Positions 55,524 to 64,000 of a DNA stretch of 64,000 bases are shown here, one piece after another. A program made the translations under genes and the position numbers. Every line of letters begins with the position of its first letter. Positions within the stretch are counted from its first letter, which is position 1. Under the pieces are notes generated by a model. It did no database searches and was not told where the DNA came from. It worked only from the letters and a program-made list of their open reading frames with translations. The stretch is taken from the IMG/VR virus record IMGVR_UViG_3300017528_000567, positions 62,001 through 126,000 of that record. One strand, given 5' to 3'.

Positions 55524-55916
55524 TCAGCTCTCTGTAACGGTGATCGCGCCTACAGCAAAGTTCAGCTGATCTCCAACGTCGACAAGCTTCTCAGTTCCGA
55601 GATCGCCGAAGTAGAGTTGATTGCCACTAGTGAGCGCATCGCAAATCGCGACCGCCTCAACCGTGCCCCATGAAGCGGTAGCAACAGGGAAAGTCACAGC
55701 AGCAGTGTTAGCTGTGGAACCTGCCGCCGCAGGTGAGAACGTAACGGCTACGCGAACATAGGCTCCGCCCGTTACCTCAGTGCCACCGCCACCGGTACTA
55801 GCGTCCGGCGCCGTAGTGAAAAGCGCAATGTAGCGCGCCGAAGGAGAAGTATAGGCGGCGCCCGTCAAAACAGCATTGAGCAGCGCATTAGAGAGAGTTT
55901 GCTTTTTGGCAGCCAT
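55524..55916 (-). CDS. Gp80-like phage fibre/structural protein, paralogue 1
   Basis: LSNALLNAV...YIALFTTAP...GGGTEVTGGAYVRVAVTF...TFPVATASWGTV...DALTSGNQL. Confidence 0.85.
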   Translation of the reverse strand: MAAKKQTLSNALLNAVLTGAAYTSPSARYIALFTTAPDASTGGGGTEVTGGAYVRVAVTFSPAAAGSTANTAAVTFPVATASWGTVEAVAICDALTSGNQLYFGDLGTEKLVDVGDQLNFAVGAITVTES

Positions 55917-56038
55917 GTTCTACCCCGTTTGGTTTAGAGGACCATCTGGTCTGGCCCTGTCTCGACCAAATCGAGGCAACAGACCAATACGACTAGACGA
56001 TCGTATCTAAGGATTAACGGGACACTCGCGGCCAACAC

Positions 56039-56284
56039 CTACTGCATGTGAACGACGGACTTGAGGGAACGGATCGAATACGCGTATGGCTGCGCGGCCA
56101 CCTTGCCGGTGTTGTTGATCCACGCCTGCTTCAGTTCGTCCATGTTTCCGAGGGACGTGTCGAACACGAAGTAGGTCCTGTTGCCTTCCCTGTCGGTCCG
56201 AATCATCTCAACCCCGGCTGTCTGAAGGTAAGCCGCATAGTAGAGGTCTGGAGTGCGAAACTCGCCGGGTCTTGAATTCTTCAC
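56039..56284 (-). CDS. Small DUF5659-like protein
   Basis: FRTPDLYYAAYL...G...REGNRTYFVF, recalled as the DUF5659 pattern. Confidence 0.65.
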   Translation of the reverse strand: MKNSRPGEFRTPDLYYAAYLQTAGVEMIRTDREGNRTYFVFDTSLGNMDELKQAWINNTGKVAAQPYAYSIRSLKSVVHMQ

Positions 56285-56361
56285 TTCTGAGTCTCCATCT
56301 GAGCGCCGCTTGGGGCGCTAGTTAGCGTAAGTCGACACATTCAATTCTTGGTGTTCATGTG

Positions 56362-56384
56362 GCCCGGGTCACGAGGACCCGGGC
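56362..56384 (-). terminator. 9-bp GC hairpin in an intergenic gap
   Basis: GCCCGGGTC-ACGAG-GACCCGGGC, 58 nt after the stop of 56443..57564; no U-tract. Confidence 0.5.
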
Positions 56385-56442
56385 AAAGCGTAAGAAAAGC
56401 AAGTCACATCTGGCCGAGCTCAATGGAGCCGGCAGAGCTTGA

Positions 56443-57564
56443 TCACGTCACAACAAACAGTTCAGGCTTGCCCTTGTTCGGGTCAGCAGCCTTGACGTTG
56501 ACCAGGCTCGTGTACTGGAGTTGAACCTTAGAGCCCGCGACACCGAGACCATTGAGCAAGGGAGCCGGGATCACAATCGTTGTGGGGGAGATCACACCCA
56601 CTGCGGCTCCCGCAATCGGCGTCTGAATCTTCTTCTGGTGAATCTGAACCGAGCGAGATCCGTCCGCCGAGTAGACCCGTACCACTGTGGCCTGGTACTC
56701 GGGGTCGCCGAGATTGGTCCCAGTGATGGTGAGATTACCCGCACCAGCAACGGCGGCTGTGATCACCGTCAGCGGCGCCACAAAAGGAGTTATGCCATCC
56801 TCTTTTACGACCACAATCGCAGGCCCAGTGGTCAGCGCCGGCACACGACTCGGGTCTGGGTTGTACGTCGGACTGAGGTAGCCCGAGATCATGCCGACCT
56901 GGAAGCTCTTGAAGAACGCGTCAGTCTCGACAAAGTGTGGCGCAATCGAGCCAATCAAGGCATCGCGTTGAGCCTCCGTGCCCCCAGAACCAATCGTGGT
57001 GAGAAGTTTGGCTGGCGACACATTCAAAGGACCCGCAGGTAGCGGGAACAACGCCGTGATGATAGCCGCCGCGTCAGGCATCGTGAACGTGCCCGCCGCA
57101 AGACCGCCCGGTGTGTTGAACGTCCCGCCACCAATTTGAATGTAACTGCCAGCGCCTCCAACCTTGCTCTGCACAACGAGGAAGCCGCCGCTATTCAAGA
57201 AAGCGCTGGCTAGCCCAGATGGCGCGAGGGCTCCGTCAACAGCCTTAGCGAGAGCAACACCGCTGGCATAGACACCCGGAGGTATCGTCACGTCGGTAAA
57301 TGCAGGAGCGGTAGATAGCACTTTGAAACTCAGCACATCGTTACTGGCCGCCGTGATGGTGACGGTAGCTGTGATGGCAGTGGTGCCAGCGATGCCCGCT
57401 GGAAACGAGGCCAAAGGAACACCAACCGTGGCGGGTGTGGGGCGACTGAAACGCCGTTCCTGCCCACGTGGCTCCGTTGGGGGGTTGTAACGACTGACAG
57501 GCTCCAGGTCCATGATCGCTATTGGACCCTGCATGTCTCCACGAATAACTCCAATATACGCCAT
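56443..57564 (-). CDS. Putative virion decoration protein with an IPT/TIG-like C-terminal domain
   Basis: Ala/Gly/Thr/Val-rich; NLTITGTNL...TTIVIP; also carries the sheath-type insertion module. Confidence 0.75.
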   Translation of the reverse strand: MAYIGVIRGDMQGPIAIMDLEPVSRYNPPTEPRGQERRFSRPTPATVGVPLASFPAGIAGTTAITATVTITAASNDVLSFKVLSTAPAFTDVTIPPGVYASGVALAKAVDGALAPSGLASAFLNSGGFLVVQSKVGGAGSYIQIGGGTFNTPGGLAAGTFTMPDAAAIITALFPLPAGPLNVSPAKLLTTIGSGGTEAQRDALIGSIAPHFVETDAFFKSFQVGMISGYLSPTYNPDPSRVPALTTGPAIVVVKEDGITPFVAPLTVITAAVAGAGNLTITGTNLGDPEYQATVVRVYSADGSRSVQIHQKKIQTPIAGAAVGVISPTTIVIPAPLLNGLGVAGSKVQLQYTSLVNVKAADPNKGKPELFVVT

Positions 57565-57567
57565 GAC

Positions 57568-57960
57568 CTAAACTCCTGTTGTAATCCCGCCGGTTGCGGG
57601 TTCAGAGAACTTCCCACGTTGTTGATCGATTCTGAGCATTCTCAGCACCGCGCCGTAGTCCGCGTAGAATGCAGCCACGGACTTGATGAACTTGAGGTGG
57701 TCCGCTTGCCAAGCAAACGAAGCTTGTCGGACCCAGAGACGCATGCGGCGCAGATACTTGATGTACTTCGGTGCGAACTCGAGCATCTGGAGCTCGTGTT
57801 CTGCGAGCTCCAGATTGAGATACCGCGCCTCGATGTCCTTGAGCAGGACCTGCACTTGGTGCAAAAAGAGCAGTCTACGCGGCTGCCAGACTTGATGAAT
57901 CGACTGGAATTCGTGGTTCGGCTCCTGCTCCAAGATCCATGAGAGGTTTGGATACGGCAT
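57568..57960 (-). CDS. Hypothetical helical protein (130 aa)
   Basis: Co-oriented ORF with GGAGAG upstream; fills the gap. Confidence 0.65.
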   Translation of the reverse strand: MPYPNLSWILEQEPNHEFQSIHQVWQPRRLLFLHQVQVLLKDIEARYLNLELAEHELQMLEFAPKYIKYLRRMRLWVRQASFAWQADHLKFIKSVAAFYADYGAVLRMLRIDQQRGKFSEPATGGITTGV

Positions 57961-58029
57961 CTGAACTCAGTGCTCTCCAAGGCTCGATTCGCTGTTGTAT
58001 CGCTTCCCACGCAATGCTTGCCTCTGAGA

Positions 58030-58884
58030 TCAGGTGATCGCTACAGGACCCGCGGACCCACCGCTTGTCGTGACCTTTGCGGATGACGCTGTCACCACGA
58101 CACCTGGGATAAGAGCTGCCGGAATCGAGATCGCGGACGGCCCGATTGTACCACCACCCCCAGTAATCTGGGTGTTGGTCAAACTGATCGCGCCTGTGCC
58201 GGTGATCGCTACAGTGAGTGGAATCGCGAAGTTGGTGCCCGTTAGAGCAAGCGATGTTGTAAGGACGGCAGTCGTCAACGTAGGCGGTGCTGCCAGGGTA
58301 AGAACGTTGCTGGATTTAGCGTTGGCAATCACCTTCACAGACGACGTGCCTGCTGCAACACCAGCCAGAAGGGGGGGCGTATTGATAACGATAGAGGTTG
58401 CCGCAACGCTACCGCCAGCCGTAATCTGTGCCTGTGTCAGTGTTATCGCGCCAGTTCCAGTGATCACGACCGTCGTAGTATCCGGGGCCTGCGACGTAAG
58501 AGTGAGGCCCGTCAGAGTAAGAGTTCCGGCGACAAGGCTTGCACCAGACAGCGTTGGCGTCTGGACCTGCGAGGCTAGCACCGAAGTCACCGTGACTAGT
58601 CCCGCCGCCTTCAACTTGCTGATCTTGCCTTTACCTGCAGACAGCACGACCCGCGGGGTCTGATTGAGATCGATGTAGCCCGGAACCGTTGGGTTGCCGG
58701 TGCTGGCTTGCGTCCGTGGTACGTAGCAAGGCTGCTTGGGCTTGTTTGCATAGCCGTCGCGAGGGTACGCGTCCGGGTTACCCAGAGAGCCGATGCGATG
58801 GACCTCTTTGTTGGGGAGGCCATCGTCGATGTCATCGATCAGGATGGCACCAGCCACGGATTGATTGTGCTGAATTCGGTACAT
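58030..58884 (-). CDS. Putative virion decoration protein with two IPT/TIG-like repeats
   Basis: Two ~88-aa Thr/Ala/Gly repeats (..ITGTGAI(T/S)LT..QIT.GG..); AGGAGAG RBS. Confidence 0.75.
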   Translation of the reverse strand: MYRIQHNQSVAGAILIDDIDDGLPNKEVHRIGSLGNPDAYPRDGYANKPKQPCYVPRTQASTGNPTVPGYIDLNQTPRVVLSAGKGKISKLKAAGLVTVTSVLASQVQTPTLSGASLVAGTLTLTGLTLTSQAPDTTTVVITGTGAITLTQAQITAGGSVAATSIVINTPPLLAGVAAGTSSVKVIANAKSSNVLTLAAPPTLTTAVLTTSLALTGTNFAIPLTVAITGTGAISLTNTQITGGGGTIGPSAISIPAALIPGVVVTASSAKVTTSGGSAGPVAIT

Positions 58885-58964
58885 TAGGGTGCTCTCTCCT
58901 AGGCGAGTACGAGAAAATGTCTCGTGAGAGATAGGCGATAAAAGGAAGTGCGGGGTTTGGCGCC

Positions 58965-59849
58965 CTACTTATCTGTGCAAGTTGGCGGTGCCCCGCGACC
59001 CAAAGCGCAGGCATCCTCATACCCGAGCTCGATCAGCTCACGCACGGCACCCGGCTCAAACGTCAACCCATCCCCCGCGATGGTGCCCAAGTCAATCTTG
59101 GGTTTTAGAACGCGGAGGGTGACCTTCCGATAGTCCGCATGCGCATTCCGTAGGTCACAGATCTTCAGGTCGTCGCGCATGACCTCGTTGATCAAAAGGT
59201 TGACGGCCCGCAACGCCAAGTCAGGCAGCGCCGATTTCCCCGCGCACTTGAACGGGGCTGGCAACCGGGGGTCGGTGCACAGGATCACGTCAATCTCGGT
59301 TGCTCCGGCCCGGACAGCCTCACCCAGTGGGGTAACCGACCGTAGCGCCCCGTCCGCCCAGAGCTCGCCCTCGACTTTGACGGGCAGGAACATCCCGGGG
59401 AACGCCGACGACGCCAGCACCCAAGACAAGATGTCCATCTCGGTCTCATCCACGGTGCGGCTCTCACCGGAGTCCCAAGAAACCGCCAAGATGCGGAGCA
59501 TCCTACCCGAGCTCCGGATCTTCTCCACGTCCAACGAGCTGCGGACCCACTTATGCAGCGGCTCCGAGTTATAGACAGAGGGCTTCCACAAGGCTGATGC
59601 CATGCCAAACGGCCACCAAGACTTGCGAACCTTCGAGGTGTCCACGTCCAGCCAGAACCGATTCAAGTCTCCCCATGCCACCTTCGGAGACCCCTTTGGT
59701 GCTTGACACAGGACGGCCGCATTCAGAGCGCCGACAGAGATACCGGCGATCAGGTCGTAATCGACCCCGTCCTCTGCCATCCACTTCTTTAGTACCCCGA
59801 CCTCGTAGGCCCCCTTTGACCCGCCGCCACTAAGAACCAAAGCTCTCAT
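58965..59849 (-). CDS. Patatin-like phospholipase
   Basis: GGGSKG oxyanion loop, GISVG nucleophile elbow, ASSAFP and DGA catalytic Asp motif. Confidence 0.92.
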   Translation of the reverse strand: MRALVLSGGGSKGAYEVGVLKKWMAEDGVDYDLIAGISVGALNAAVLCQAPKGSPKVAWGDLNRFWLDVDTSKVRKSWWPFGMASALWKPSVYNSEPLHKWVRSSLDVEKIRSSGRMLRILAVSWDSGESRTVDETEMDILSWVLASSAFPGMFLPVKVEGELWADGALRSVTPLGEAVRAGATEIDVILCTDPRLPAPFKCAGKSALPDLALRAVNLLINEVMRDDLKICDLRNAHADYRKVTLRVLKPKIDLGTIAGDGLTFEPGAVRELIELGYEDACALGRGAPPTCTDK

Positions 59850-59876
59850 GCAGACGGAAACCCATAAGTGGCTTCA

Positions 59877-60761
59877 TTAGCAAGGCCAAACCCCGCTCAT
59901 ACCGCTCTGCGCTCTGGTGGCACCGTTGTCGCCGTACCAGGTGGTTGTCCCGTTGGCTGCAGAAATCTCTAACCAGGCGAGAAAGTGGCGCCCGATAGGC
60001 ACTAAGAGTGAACACACTGCACTGTGCTCATGAACGATGCTACCGTTGTCGGCGACACCACCGTTGACGCTACCTGTGAGCGTCGCAGTCGTTGAGTCAA
60101 AGCCAAAGCCGACACCACGCTCACGAGGAAGAATTGCATCAGAGTTACCAGATGCAATCAACAACCGGCCAGCGAGAACGCACTCCTGCAGTCCTGCCAC
60201 AACATCAAGTTGATAGTTAGCCGACCCCTGGGCCTGGCGGAACGTCTGAGTGGTATATGTCCAGGAGTCGACGTTAGTTTCAACGTTCCAAGCTGCAATC
60301 ACGCGATTAGAGGCATTCCAAAGGTCTAATCGAGCTGGAGCATTGATCCCTTGCGTAACCCAAGAATATGAAGTGGCAGTTCTCGGGCGACACGTACCGA
60401 CGTACCGGTGTGTAATGGCACCAGAACGAGACCACACCCCATCTTGAAGTACCAATGGAGTGGCACGTGCTGTTGCATTGGTCCAATTGAGCGTCTCAAG
60501 CGTAAGGACGCCGTTGAGATTGAAAACGAAGAGATCAAAGGGCAGATCCGCCGTCCTGCCAGTCACAGCCAACGATACCTGCCCACTGTAAAAGACATCC
60601 CAAGTCGCGCCATTATATAAGGCGATTCGATTTCCGTTGAACGGAGTCAGGTAAATCGTGTTCAGACCGACGTTGTCTGTCGTCATGATGGGACTTCCCG
60701 TGACGCCGGTCAGTCGAAAGCTGTTGATGTCCGGCTGATTGTTGGGCTCATATAATGGCAT
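59877..60761 (-). CDS. Putative fibre-associated structural protein (294 aa)
   Basis: Beta-rich; GGAGG RBS; follows the large fibre gene. Confidence 0.7.
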   Translation of the reverse strand: MPLYEPNNQPDINSFRLTGVTGSPIMTTDNVGLNTIYLTPFNGNRIALYNGATWDVFYSGQVSLAVTGRTADLPFDLFVFNLNGVLTLETLNWTNATARATPLVLQDGVWSRSGAITHRYVGTCRPRTATSYSWVTQGINAPARLDLWNASNRVIAAWNVETNVDSWTYTTQTFRQAQGSANYQLDVVAGLQECVLAGRLLIASGNSDAILPRERGVGFGFDSTTATLTGSVNGGVADNGSIVHEHSAVCSLLVPIGRHFLAWLEISAANGTTTWYGDNGATRAQSGMSGVWPC

Positions 60762-60771
60762 CTAGACCTCC

Positions 60772-63700
60772 CTAGGTGAGTTCCGTCATACGAGCGCTTC
60801 CAGTGGCGGACGCCCAGATTCCGTCTATCGTACCCGTATACTGGAAAGGGACCTCGTAGTAAGCGTAGGCGACCATCCTAGTGGTGAAGCTCGTGACACT
60901 CGCTGTTGAGCCGAGCTTCAAATACAAGACTGACGCCGAGTCGTTGAAGACGGTCGCCCCTTTCCGAGCTGCGTTCGCAGCCAGGAGCACGACAGTGGAG
61001 GCGCTGCTAGCCACATTCGTTTGATTCGAAGTAGGGGACGAGGCTGGGGCTGACGCAACCTGCAGGCGGCCGGCCGTATCGACCGTTGCCTTGCGCCACG
61101 CAAACGTGCCGTCACTGATCTGCATGCCGCTATGAGAGGTCTCACTCACAGCGACGCCAATCAGATTGAAGGTCGGAGCACTAGCAGGTGGCGTCGTGTG
61201 ATTGATGCTATGAAGGCGAACTGGCAACGCCTGTTGGCCGATGATGGGAAAGTTGGCACCCGAGACAGGAACCTCAAGGGTGTCGATGTACCAGTAGATC
61301 AGATCCGCTCGAACATATATGGCGTAGCGGTGCTGCAGACCGTCGACTGGCCGCACAATTGGCAACGAGGTTGTTTTTGATCCGCCGGCATAAACCACGG
61401 CGTTCAACGCGCCGGTAAGGTCTTGCTCATAGCCCACCCCATCCTGGATCGGAGTAGCCGCAGTCCAACCACCAGGAGCCGTAGCCAAGCCCCAAAATCT
61501 GTGGTTATTGGTCAGCGCCGTAGCCTCAAGCTGCACCGACCCTCCGAAGATCTGGTAGCTGAGCCCGACGGGTCGAAATAGAGCCTGAGAGGTTAGAGCC
61601 GCGCCATTCGAGGCCGTCGTACCAGTAGTCATCGCGAGAGCGCCGTTACCCTGTGTCATGGTGGCGCCGCCAACCAATGTCTGAATCCATCGGTTTGTGG
61701 TATCTACAACGGTGCCATCGAACGGCTCCGTAAATATCTCGGAGCCTTCAGTGCTAACCTTCAGCGTTCCGTAAGCAGTGACTTGCCCGGTTATCCCTAG
61801 AGCGAGCGCGCCCGGGGAAGTCAGGACACTATATCCAGCTCCCGCAGTCGTGTACCGAGCCAAAACGGCTCCCGGACGGGCCGAGCCCCGGAGCGTGATA
61901 TTTGCGGTTCCAGACGTATAGGCCGAGACACGGATTCGTGTGTGCCCGGCGCCGCCCACGCCAACGACAACACGAGCAGTCGCTGTGTTAGCAGCGGCAA
62001 ACGCAACGGAGTTAGCTTTAAGTGCTGTTGACGGATCATCTAGGAAAGTGGTGACCCAGGTGGTTCCCCCGTCGAATGAAACCTCCGGCAGTATCGTTCC
62101 AATCAAGGTACCAGCGGCCAGCTGAAAACCTACAGACCCGATGCCACTGGTCGCGATTTGAACTGCTGCATTCAGCGCACCTAGAGCTCCCGTTGCCGTT
62201 ACATCTGGAGTGACAGTAGCGCTTGTGCTATTGGGCGAGACGGCCACTACCAACGCGGTGTCAGTCGCAAGTGCCGGGCTGCTGGCAGGCTTCACGGTGC
62301 CAAAATTGGTGCCGTCCGTGATTCGGGCATTTGTATTTATTCGCCCGTTGACGTCGCCCGAAACACTCTGAATGTTGGTGCCATCATCGACCATTGAAAG
62401 GGTGCCAGTAGCGGTCCCCCGAGCGGCGCCGTCAGCGTACTGAGACCCACCCCCAAACGTTGTGACTTGGTTGCCGGCGGCGTCGTAGATCGCGACATCC
62501 AAGGGCTGGTGGTTCGCCCCCGAGGCGGTGCTCGTGAGATCTGCCGCCGCCGTGCTGCCCTTCGCGCCACCCCTGATGATGGCCTTGGCTGTACCGCCTG
62601 TGAGGGTTGCATCCAAAGCCAGGCCGTTGGTGGTCCCGATGTTCGACGTTACTGTGCCGCTGACCGGAAGCGCGCTCTGGTCACTCGCCAAGACAACCGG
62701 AGTAGAGGCCGCCGAAGTCTTTTGCCCGAGCGTGTTGATCCGACCCGTGAACGTTGCATCGGCTAGGCGGGTCGCAAGCGTCGCCTCGGTAGCAGCTCCT
62801 GCGGGCAACGGAAGAGAGCCAGCACTGACCGAGACCGTATTGTTGGGTGAGACCGCGACAACAAGGGCTGTATCCGTGGCGACGGCAGCTGCACTCGCGG
62901 GCTTGACGGTGCCAAAGTTAGTGCCATCCGTCACGCGTGCGTTCGTATTGAGACGGCCCGTAGTGTCACCAGAGACGCTCTGGATGTTGGTCCCGTCATC
63001 CACCATCAGGAGATTGCCGGTAGCCGTACCCCTGGCTACCCCATCAGCATACTGAGTGCCACCACCGCCAAACGACGTGACCTGATTGCCCGCTGCATCA
63101 TAGATGGCAACGTCCAACGCCTGATGGTTAGCGCCGGACGCACTGCTCGTGACATCTGCCGCCGTTGTGCTGCCCTTAGCACCACCTCGTGCAATGGCCT
63201 TCGCCGTGCCGCCCGTGAGGGTTGCATTCAAGGCAAGAGTACCTGCGGTGCCGATGTTCGCGGTCACCGTGCCGCTGACTGGGACCGCAGTTTGATCGGA
63301 TGCCAGAACCACAGGGGTCGAGCTCGCCGAAGTCTTCTGACCCAACGTGTTGACACGGGACGTGAACGTCGAATCCGCTAAGCGTGTTGCGAGCGTGACT
63401 TCCGTGGCTGCGCCGGTAGGCAAAGGAAGCGAAGTCGCGCTGATTGGCAGTGTGCTATTCGGAGAGATCGCGACCACGAGTGCCGGATCCGTGACCACGG
63501 CTGCTGTGCTCGCAGCCTTGACCGCAGCGACATTCGTGCCGTCGGTAATCTTGGTCTGTTGACTGCCACTTGTCTGATTGGTCTTGATAACCGACAAGTT
63601 GTCGTCGTCTGCGGCGATCGCTACCCTGAGAGTCGCAGTTGATGAATTGCCCTTGTCAACGTCGGTGTTCCGCCCGGCAACCTTAGCCAGGTCGATCTTC

Positions 63701-64000
63701 GAGGTCGACACAACACTGCTGATCTCGCTGTTGACATCACTGCCATGGACCTGGCCGCCGATCGCCCACAACGAATCCACCACCACTCCAGCAAGGGTGG
63801 AGTTCACGTTAGTAAACTCAAGGCCGACCGCGTAGTATGTGATCGCCGACAGGTCCCATCCGTTACCTACGCTGGCATTGGAAGTACCAAGCGGTGCGCG
63901 AAAGCTCTGCCAGACGCCTCCAACGGCACTACTATTCGCGACAGAAACACTCCACGAGTTATAGTTACTGTCATCGGTACCCAACCGGATGACTACGTTG
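60772..64000 (-). CDS. Large fibre-like virion protein, 5'-partial (over 1075 aa)
   Basis: The frame is open through the window edge (…NVVIRLGTDD…), so the track start at 63984 is not the true start. Ala/Thr/Gly/Ser-rich with long tandem repeats. Confidence 0.8.
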   Translation of the reverse strand, partial: NVVIRLGTDDSNYNSWSVSVANSSAVGGVWQSFRAPLGTSNASVGNGWDLSAITYYAVGLEFTNVNSTLAGVVVDSLWAIGGQVHGSDVNSEISSVVSTSKIDLAKVAGRNTDVDKGNSSTATLRVAIAADDDNLSVIKTNQTSGSQQTKITDGTNVAAVKAASTAAVVTDPALVVAISPNSTLPISATSLPLPTGAATEVTLATRLADSTFTSRVNTLGQKTSASSTPVVLASDQTAVPVSGTVTANIGTAGTLALNATLTGGTAKAIARGGAKGSTTAADVTSSASGANHQALDVAIYDAAGNQVTSFGGGGTQYADGVARGTATGNLLMVDDGTNIQSVSGDTTGRLNTNARVTDGTNFGTVKPASAAAVATDTALVVAVSPNNTVSVSAGSLPLPAGAATEATLATRLADATFTGRINTLGQKTSAASTPVVLASDQSALPVSGTVTSNIGTTNGLALDATLTGGTAKAIIRGGAKGSTAAADLTSTASGANHQPLDVAIYDAAGNQVTTFGGGSQYADGAARGTATGTLSMVDDGTNIQSVSGDVNGRINTNARITDGTNFGTVKPASSPALATDTALVVAVSPNSTSATVTPDVTATGALGALNAAVQIATSGIGSVGFQLAAGTLIGTILPEVSFDGGTTWVTTFLDDPSTALKANSVAFAAANTATARVVVGVGGAGHTRIRVSAYTSGTANITLRGSARPGAVLARYTTAGAGYSVLTSPGALALGITGQVTAYGTLKVSTEGSEIFTEPFDGTVVDTTNRWIQTLVGGATMTQGNGALAMTTGTTASNGAALTSQALFRPVGLSYQIFGGSVQLEATALTNNHRFWGLATAPGGWTAATPIQDGVGYEQDLTGALNAVVYAGGSKTTSLPIVRPVDGLQHRYAIYVRADLIYWYIDTLEVPVSGANFPIIGQQALPVRLHSINHTTPPASAPTFNLIGVAVSETSHSGMQISDGTFAWRKATVDTAGRLQVASAPASSPTSNQTNVASSASTVVLLAANAARKGATVFNDSASVLYLKLGSTASVTSFTTRMVAYAYYEVPFQYTGTIDGIWASATGSARMTELT
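62226..63549 (-). repeat. About 2.2 tandem copies of a 204-205-aa unit (612-615 nt)
   Basis: The TDGTN anchor recurs at 63546, 62931 and 62319; LPLP.GAATE.TLATRLAD and GGAKGST.AAD recur in each full unit. Confidence 0.9.

Noticed and set aside
600-63900. Many plus-strand and nested ORFs in the six-frame track (e.g. 1577..2668, 32627..33787, 5101..5934)
   Set aside because: They are antisense shadows of long GC-rich genes, with Arg/His/Val-skewed composition and no motifs or RBS.
1-64000. Extracellular contractile injection system (eCIS/tailocin) instead of a phage
   Set aside because: Head-tail adaptor and closure-like genes, a homing endonuclease, an intein and a helicase fit a jumbo phage better. 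Capsid genes are not visible, so this cannot be fully excluded from this window alone.
1-64000. Genome-wide TAG recoding (genetic code 15)
   Set aside because: Multi-kb ORFs are intact under the standard code, and TAG ends genes followed by out-of-frame starts with their own RBS (60772, 49904, 41275).

Overview
GC-rich, densely coding window from a large (jumbo-type) myovirus genome. All supported genes but one lie on the minus strand. Reading in transcription order (64000 to 1): repeat-containing fibre/decoration genes, a patatin phospholipase, two Gp80-like fibre genes, a head-tail adaptor gene fractured by a split intein with a free-standing Vsr-like endonuclease between the halves, a zincin-like protein, a pyruvyltransferase plus glycosyltransferase pair, neck genes, a Dps-like ferritin, an actin-family ATPase, the tail terminator, an FmdB-like Zn ribbon, a 1434-aa sheath, an inserted HTH/UvrD-helicase block, the tube, two assembly chaperones, the tape measure, two tube-initiator paralogues (one carrying an M15 peptidase), hub, spike, a candidate spike tip, a 2029-aa unknown protein and baseplate wedge genes. 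No capsid, portal, terminase, tRNA, rRNA or CRISPR array is visible. The strongest novelty is an atypically split, Ser1 intein (31-aa IntN, 133-aa IntC) that would have to trans-splice a virion neck protein. Other leads are a volactin-like actin inside the tail operon, a shared terminal YDxR peptide in unrelated proteins, and a pseudo-trimeric non-PAAR spike-tip candidate. Family assignments come from motif recognition by eye and memory; no database search was run.
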